Shown here: in pieces, positions 60,311 through 64,000 of the stretch
Layout: each line of letters starts with the position of its first letter
Numbering within the stretch: the first letter of the stretch is position 1
NCBI RefSeq assembly: GCF_037042905.1
Contig: NC_087262.1
Coordinates: forward strand, 22,940,001 to 23,004,000
Source: Lytechinus pictus
Lineage: Eukaryota
Length of the DNA: 64,000 bases
Direction of reading: 5' to 3'
Notes under the pieces: generated by a model
What the model was told of the DNA's origin: nothing
Seen by the model: only the letters and a program-made list of their open reading frames with translations
Database searches by the model: none
Position numbers and translations under genes: made by a program

Positions 60311-63300
60311 CTGGACTGAATTGAATGGAATTCTAGTACAAGATTGTATGTACATGTACTTGGACTTGAGAAGTAGGTTTTGCAGGTCATGCAATGAGAA
60401 ATTGAATCTGTGTACGTCTAGACTGAAGATATGATGATGATTGTGAGGGGTTATTTATAGCAGAGGTGAGATCACTTTCCCCTTGCAGCATTAAAAACTA
60501 ATTAGAGTCAAGTCACTCATACCTCCATGTGTTGATCTGTGCTCTCTGTACAATCTATCACCGCCTCCCGATTCTAGCTCCCTTCTGCTTAATAGTTCAC
60601 TCAGTTCTCTACCTTCTCACAAGTTTCTTTTGCATTATTTCTGATGCATGTAGCAGTATGATATGGAATATGAGTAACATAAATTTAACAGCAGGAATGC
60701 ACAACCAGGGGGTTCAAGGTTAGCATGCCCCCCCCCCAAAAAAAAAGGTACTTAGATTCAGGCCATTATTTTTTTATGTGGATAACCTAATGTGGACAGG
60801 TTACTTGATAACTTTTATTTTTAATACTTATTTTTTGTGTGTCAGATATTTGTTTGAGGAACATTATGACTATTTTTGGCAATGAAATCCATTTCTTACG
60901 AAGTGAACCCCCCTAAAAAAAACTTATTTTATGGTTGGAAATGTATTACCATTTTGATTGTGGTTACAATAATAAGATTAGGTTTTTATCTCAGTACCAA
61001 ACTAATCATACTATTAAATATACGCATAGGGGTAGCAATTAATATATTGGTGTGAAGGCAGTTTCGCCCATGAAATGTTCAGAATCTTAACATACCCCCA
61101 AAGTTGAGCTTACTCAGAGGTTGTACCCTGTGGAAAATGTGATCTAGTAGGTCACCCCTGAAATGACAGAAATTCAACTGAAACGTAAGAAAATAACCCC
61201 CATCATGACTTTAAAAAAAAATGATGTCATTGTTATATTTTTCTAATTTTGCTGCTTAAATTATTAAAACTTATTACCAGGGTGAACTTCCCCTTAATTT
61301 TTTCTTACATGTTTTACATTTGGTATTATGCTGTATGAACACTAAATTTATCTTTGTGGCTATCGCCAGATAGTTTTTAAAACTTCCCTCTGAGGTATGA
61401 ACCAAAAATCATACTACTTGCATATTACAAAAAATAATAACCTTAGAGATTTTGCAAAGTATGAACTCCACTGTAAGACCTTTTTCAAATATTATTTTTC
61501 ACTTTCTTACAATCACACATCATGTGGATGTTTGTTTGATAAGGTTGAAAATAGTTTGTAGTGAGAAATGGCAAGAGAAAGTGTGGGATGTAGGAGAGAA
61601 GAGAAATACCTTGATTAAAGAAGTGAGATATTATTGAGGGCAGAAACTAAAAAAGATATGACTCAATTAGAAAGCTAGGTCAGAGAGAAAGGGGTAAAAC
61701 TGAGAGAAAGGTTAAGAGAAAGAGATGGGAAGAAAGAGAAAGAGAGGGGGAGAGAGTAATAGAGGAGTGTTTAGAAATAGGATCAGGAGAGGGAGAACAA
61801 GAGAATGAAAGAGGAGGGAAGACCTCTCTTAAGAATAATGTAATCAAATTTGAAAAGATGAATAATCAGAGGGGCACTTTATTGTGATAGAATTTCTATT
61901 AAAAATTATCTTATTATCAAATTATCGTATCATAATAGATATGACAAGTTATTCTAGAAAAAAATAAGATATATGTACTAATTTTGACAAGAATCTTTTA
62001 GTGAGCCTCAATTTATTCAAATTTGAATAAACGATTTTTATTGCAGGGGGTGAGAGAGAGAGAGACAGAAAGGGGGGGGGGAGCAGCTGAGAATGGGTTG
62101 GGGAGAGTGAAATATAGAGATGAATATGGGAGAGTAAAGATAAGACAAAACAATACAGGAGCTTTCAAAAGGGATTTGAAGGAAAAAAATAAGACAGTGA
62201 GAACCAGTGAAATGAAATGCAATAAAAACATAGCCAAGGGTCATTTCAAGAGGTAGTCGACCTCTCAAAGTACTAGTAGGTTATTGAATATGGCTAATAT
62301 AATGAGGCATATTAGCGCGCTAGGATTGAATTTCATATTGACATTGCCAGAAATCAAGGCACAGGTCAGCATTTGTTTTATTCCCACAGAAGAGAAATAG
62401 ATATATTTTCTAGGGAATTGAAAACAAAGAATAGGAAAATATAACAGTTATCGCAATTCAAGTCATTATGCACTGTTAATTGTGTATATACTATATTTCT
62501 AAATAAAATACAAAGAAAATAGTGAGTGTGTGAAATCATCAGCCCCTCATTTTCATACTGCCAGAATTTTGCATATAGGCCTAAATGTTTTGTAGAATCA
62601 AGCCAAAAAAAGAAGAAAGAAATGTCATTATTTTATTATTCAACACCTGATTTTGATGACATTTCCATTATTTTTTAAATTCAAATCAGACAAATTAACC
62701 ACAACATTTTCACTGAATGGCATTAAAATGAATCGTCAACCATTTTTTTAAATAAAAGAAAGTTATTTACAATTTTGCATTAATGGCTGCACTACTTATT
62801 TCACACCTGTTGCCTACATGTAGATAAAATCAGATATGTGCCACAATATGGATTGATTTGTTTTTCACAAATACTGAAAAATGTGTATTAAAATGTGTAA
62901 ATACTGTCCTGGTATCCAAAGAATAGTGTGTGACCATGGACCTATGGTGTGACTAACTCATGATATGTACATGTACATTGCGTTTTAGAAAGATTTCAAA
63001 TTGAAAAGCAAGGAAAGCTATATTTTCCCATTTTATTCATATATAATCACAATGCTTTTGATGTCAGTTTCAGTCAAATGCAAGTTATGAATAGCTTTAC
63101 ATTTCAGGTTAACCGTGCATAACCTACAAATTGTACATTGCTGTTGTTGTCGCTTCGGATGTCGTCAAACATTACGATCAAGAGCTTGATGATGGAAGGG
63201 GTGGATGTTTGCTCAAAAGAATCCGAATGACTTTGGGACAAGTGACTTCTTTTGATGGGATCTGACTGCGGTTTTGATGTAGTGTCATGAATGGGTGATT

Positions 63301-64000
63301 GTGGGTAGTTGGTTCAAGCGTGTCAATTCTCTTCTATTTGCACAATGAGTAATTTGTAATTGTAGCTAGTTTTAGGTGATACTAGTTTTTGGCCTGTTTA
63401 TGAAAAGAGAAGAAAGAAGGTTGGGTTTTGGGGGAGATTTTATGCTGAATTTCTTACTAAAATAAAATGATGATAATACTTTCATACATGTATGTAGTGA
63501 AATAGTATTCTGTCTCATTGCCTTCTTTTTATCTTAATTGTTGCTGAAATAATGCTTTATACAGTTCATTTATCTGTTCTTTCTGAAATTTAATCAAGGC
63601 AAAGTTACATAAAAATAAATCTAAACAAAACAATATTTATATAGGTATATATATTGGGTTATGTATAGCAGTATAGCACATTTGATTTTTTTCTGCCAGA
63701 TTTTTTTTGTATGCTTTTGATTAACTTTCATGGACACACACACAAGTTTGAAAACATTAGGTTTATTGACTTGCAAATTAATTGAAATCACTTTGAAAAC
63801 TATAACCTATGTATTTATTTTGTTTATAATTTTTCTTAAATTCACTTACATACTCTTTATTCAAAAGTTTCGAAATAGGATGATAAGATTGATCGAAAAA
63901 TGTTCTGCAGTAAATCATCAAAATATGACAGCACATGAAGGAATTTCATTCTGTTTTTTTTTTGGGGGGGTAGGGGAGGGGGATGGTAACTGCTCATATT

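Noticed and set aside
63108-63395. Exon-like stretch with acceptor-like sites on both strands
   Set aside because: All frames stop early and no homology is recognisable; could be UTR or a terminal exon but cannot be supported

Overview
AT-rich, intron- and repeat-rich animal genomic DNA. The gene architecture and repeat content suggest a marine invertebrate deuterostome such as a sea urchin (inference). There are three N-gaps. I assembled the genes by hand from GT-AG exons. (1) A complete 7-coding-exon macroH2A gene on + (2213-13975, about 374 aa) with a single macroH2A1.1-type macrodomain exon. (2) A complete 19-coding-exon long-chain acyl-CoA synthetase of the ACSL1/5/6 family on + (22392-48306, about 661 aa) that appears to lack the N-terminal membrane anchor and has a divergent gate motif. 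(3) A convergent 3-exon gene on - with no recognisable domain (about 401 aa, 51424-53991). (4) Possibly the signal-peptide first exon of a further + strand gene at 56642. Introns and spacers hold many non-autonomous elements: TTAA/Kolobok-like, CWG/Harbinger-like and 8-bp-TSD MITEs, Helentron/HINE-like elements with internal tandem arrays, tRNA-SINEs and large palindromes. The most unusual object is a short SINE-like insertion at about 17419-17605 with a 7SL RNA (Alu-domain)-like head, a B box, a Deu/Nin-like core, a (CA)n tail and an apparent 7-bp TSD. Other notable observations are a minisatellite that supplies the acceptor of the macroH2A ADP-ribose exon, a 43-bp templated insertion into a MITE TIR, and a triple-nested transposon stack. 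No prokaryotic system or CRISPR array is present. Almost all entries in the supplied ORF track are spurious.
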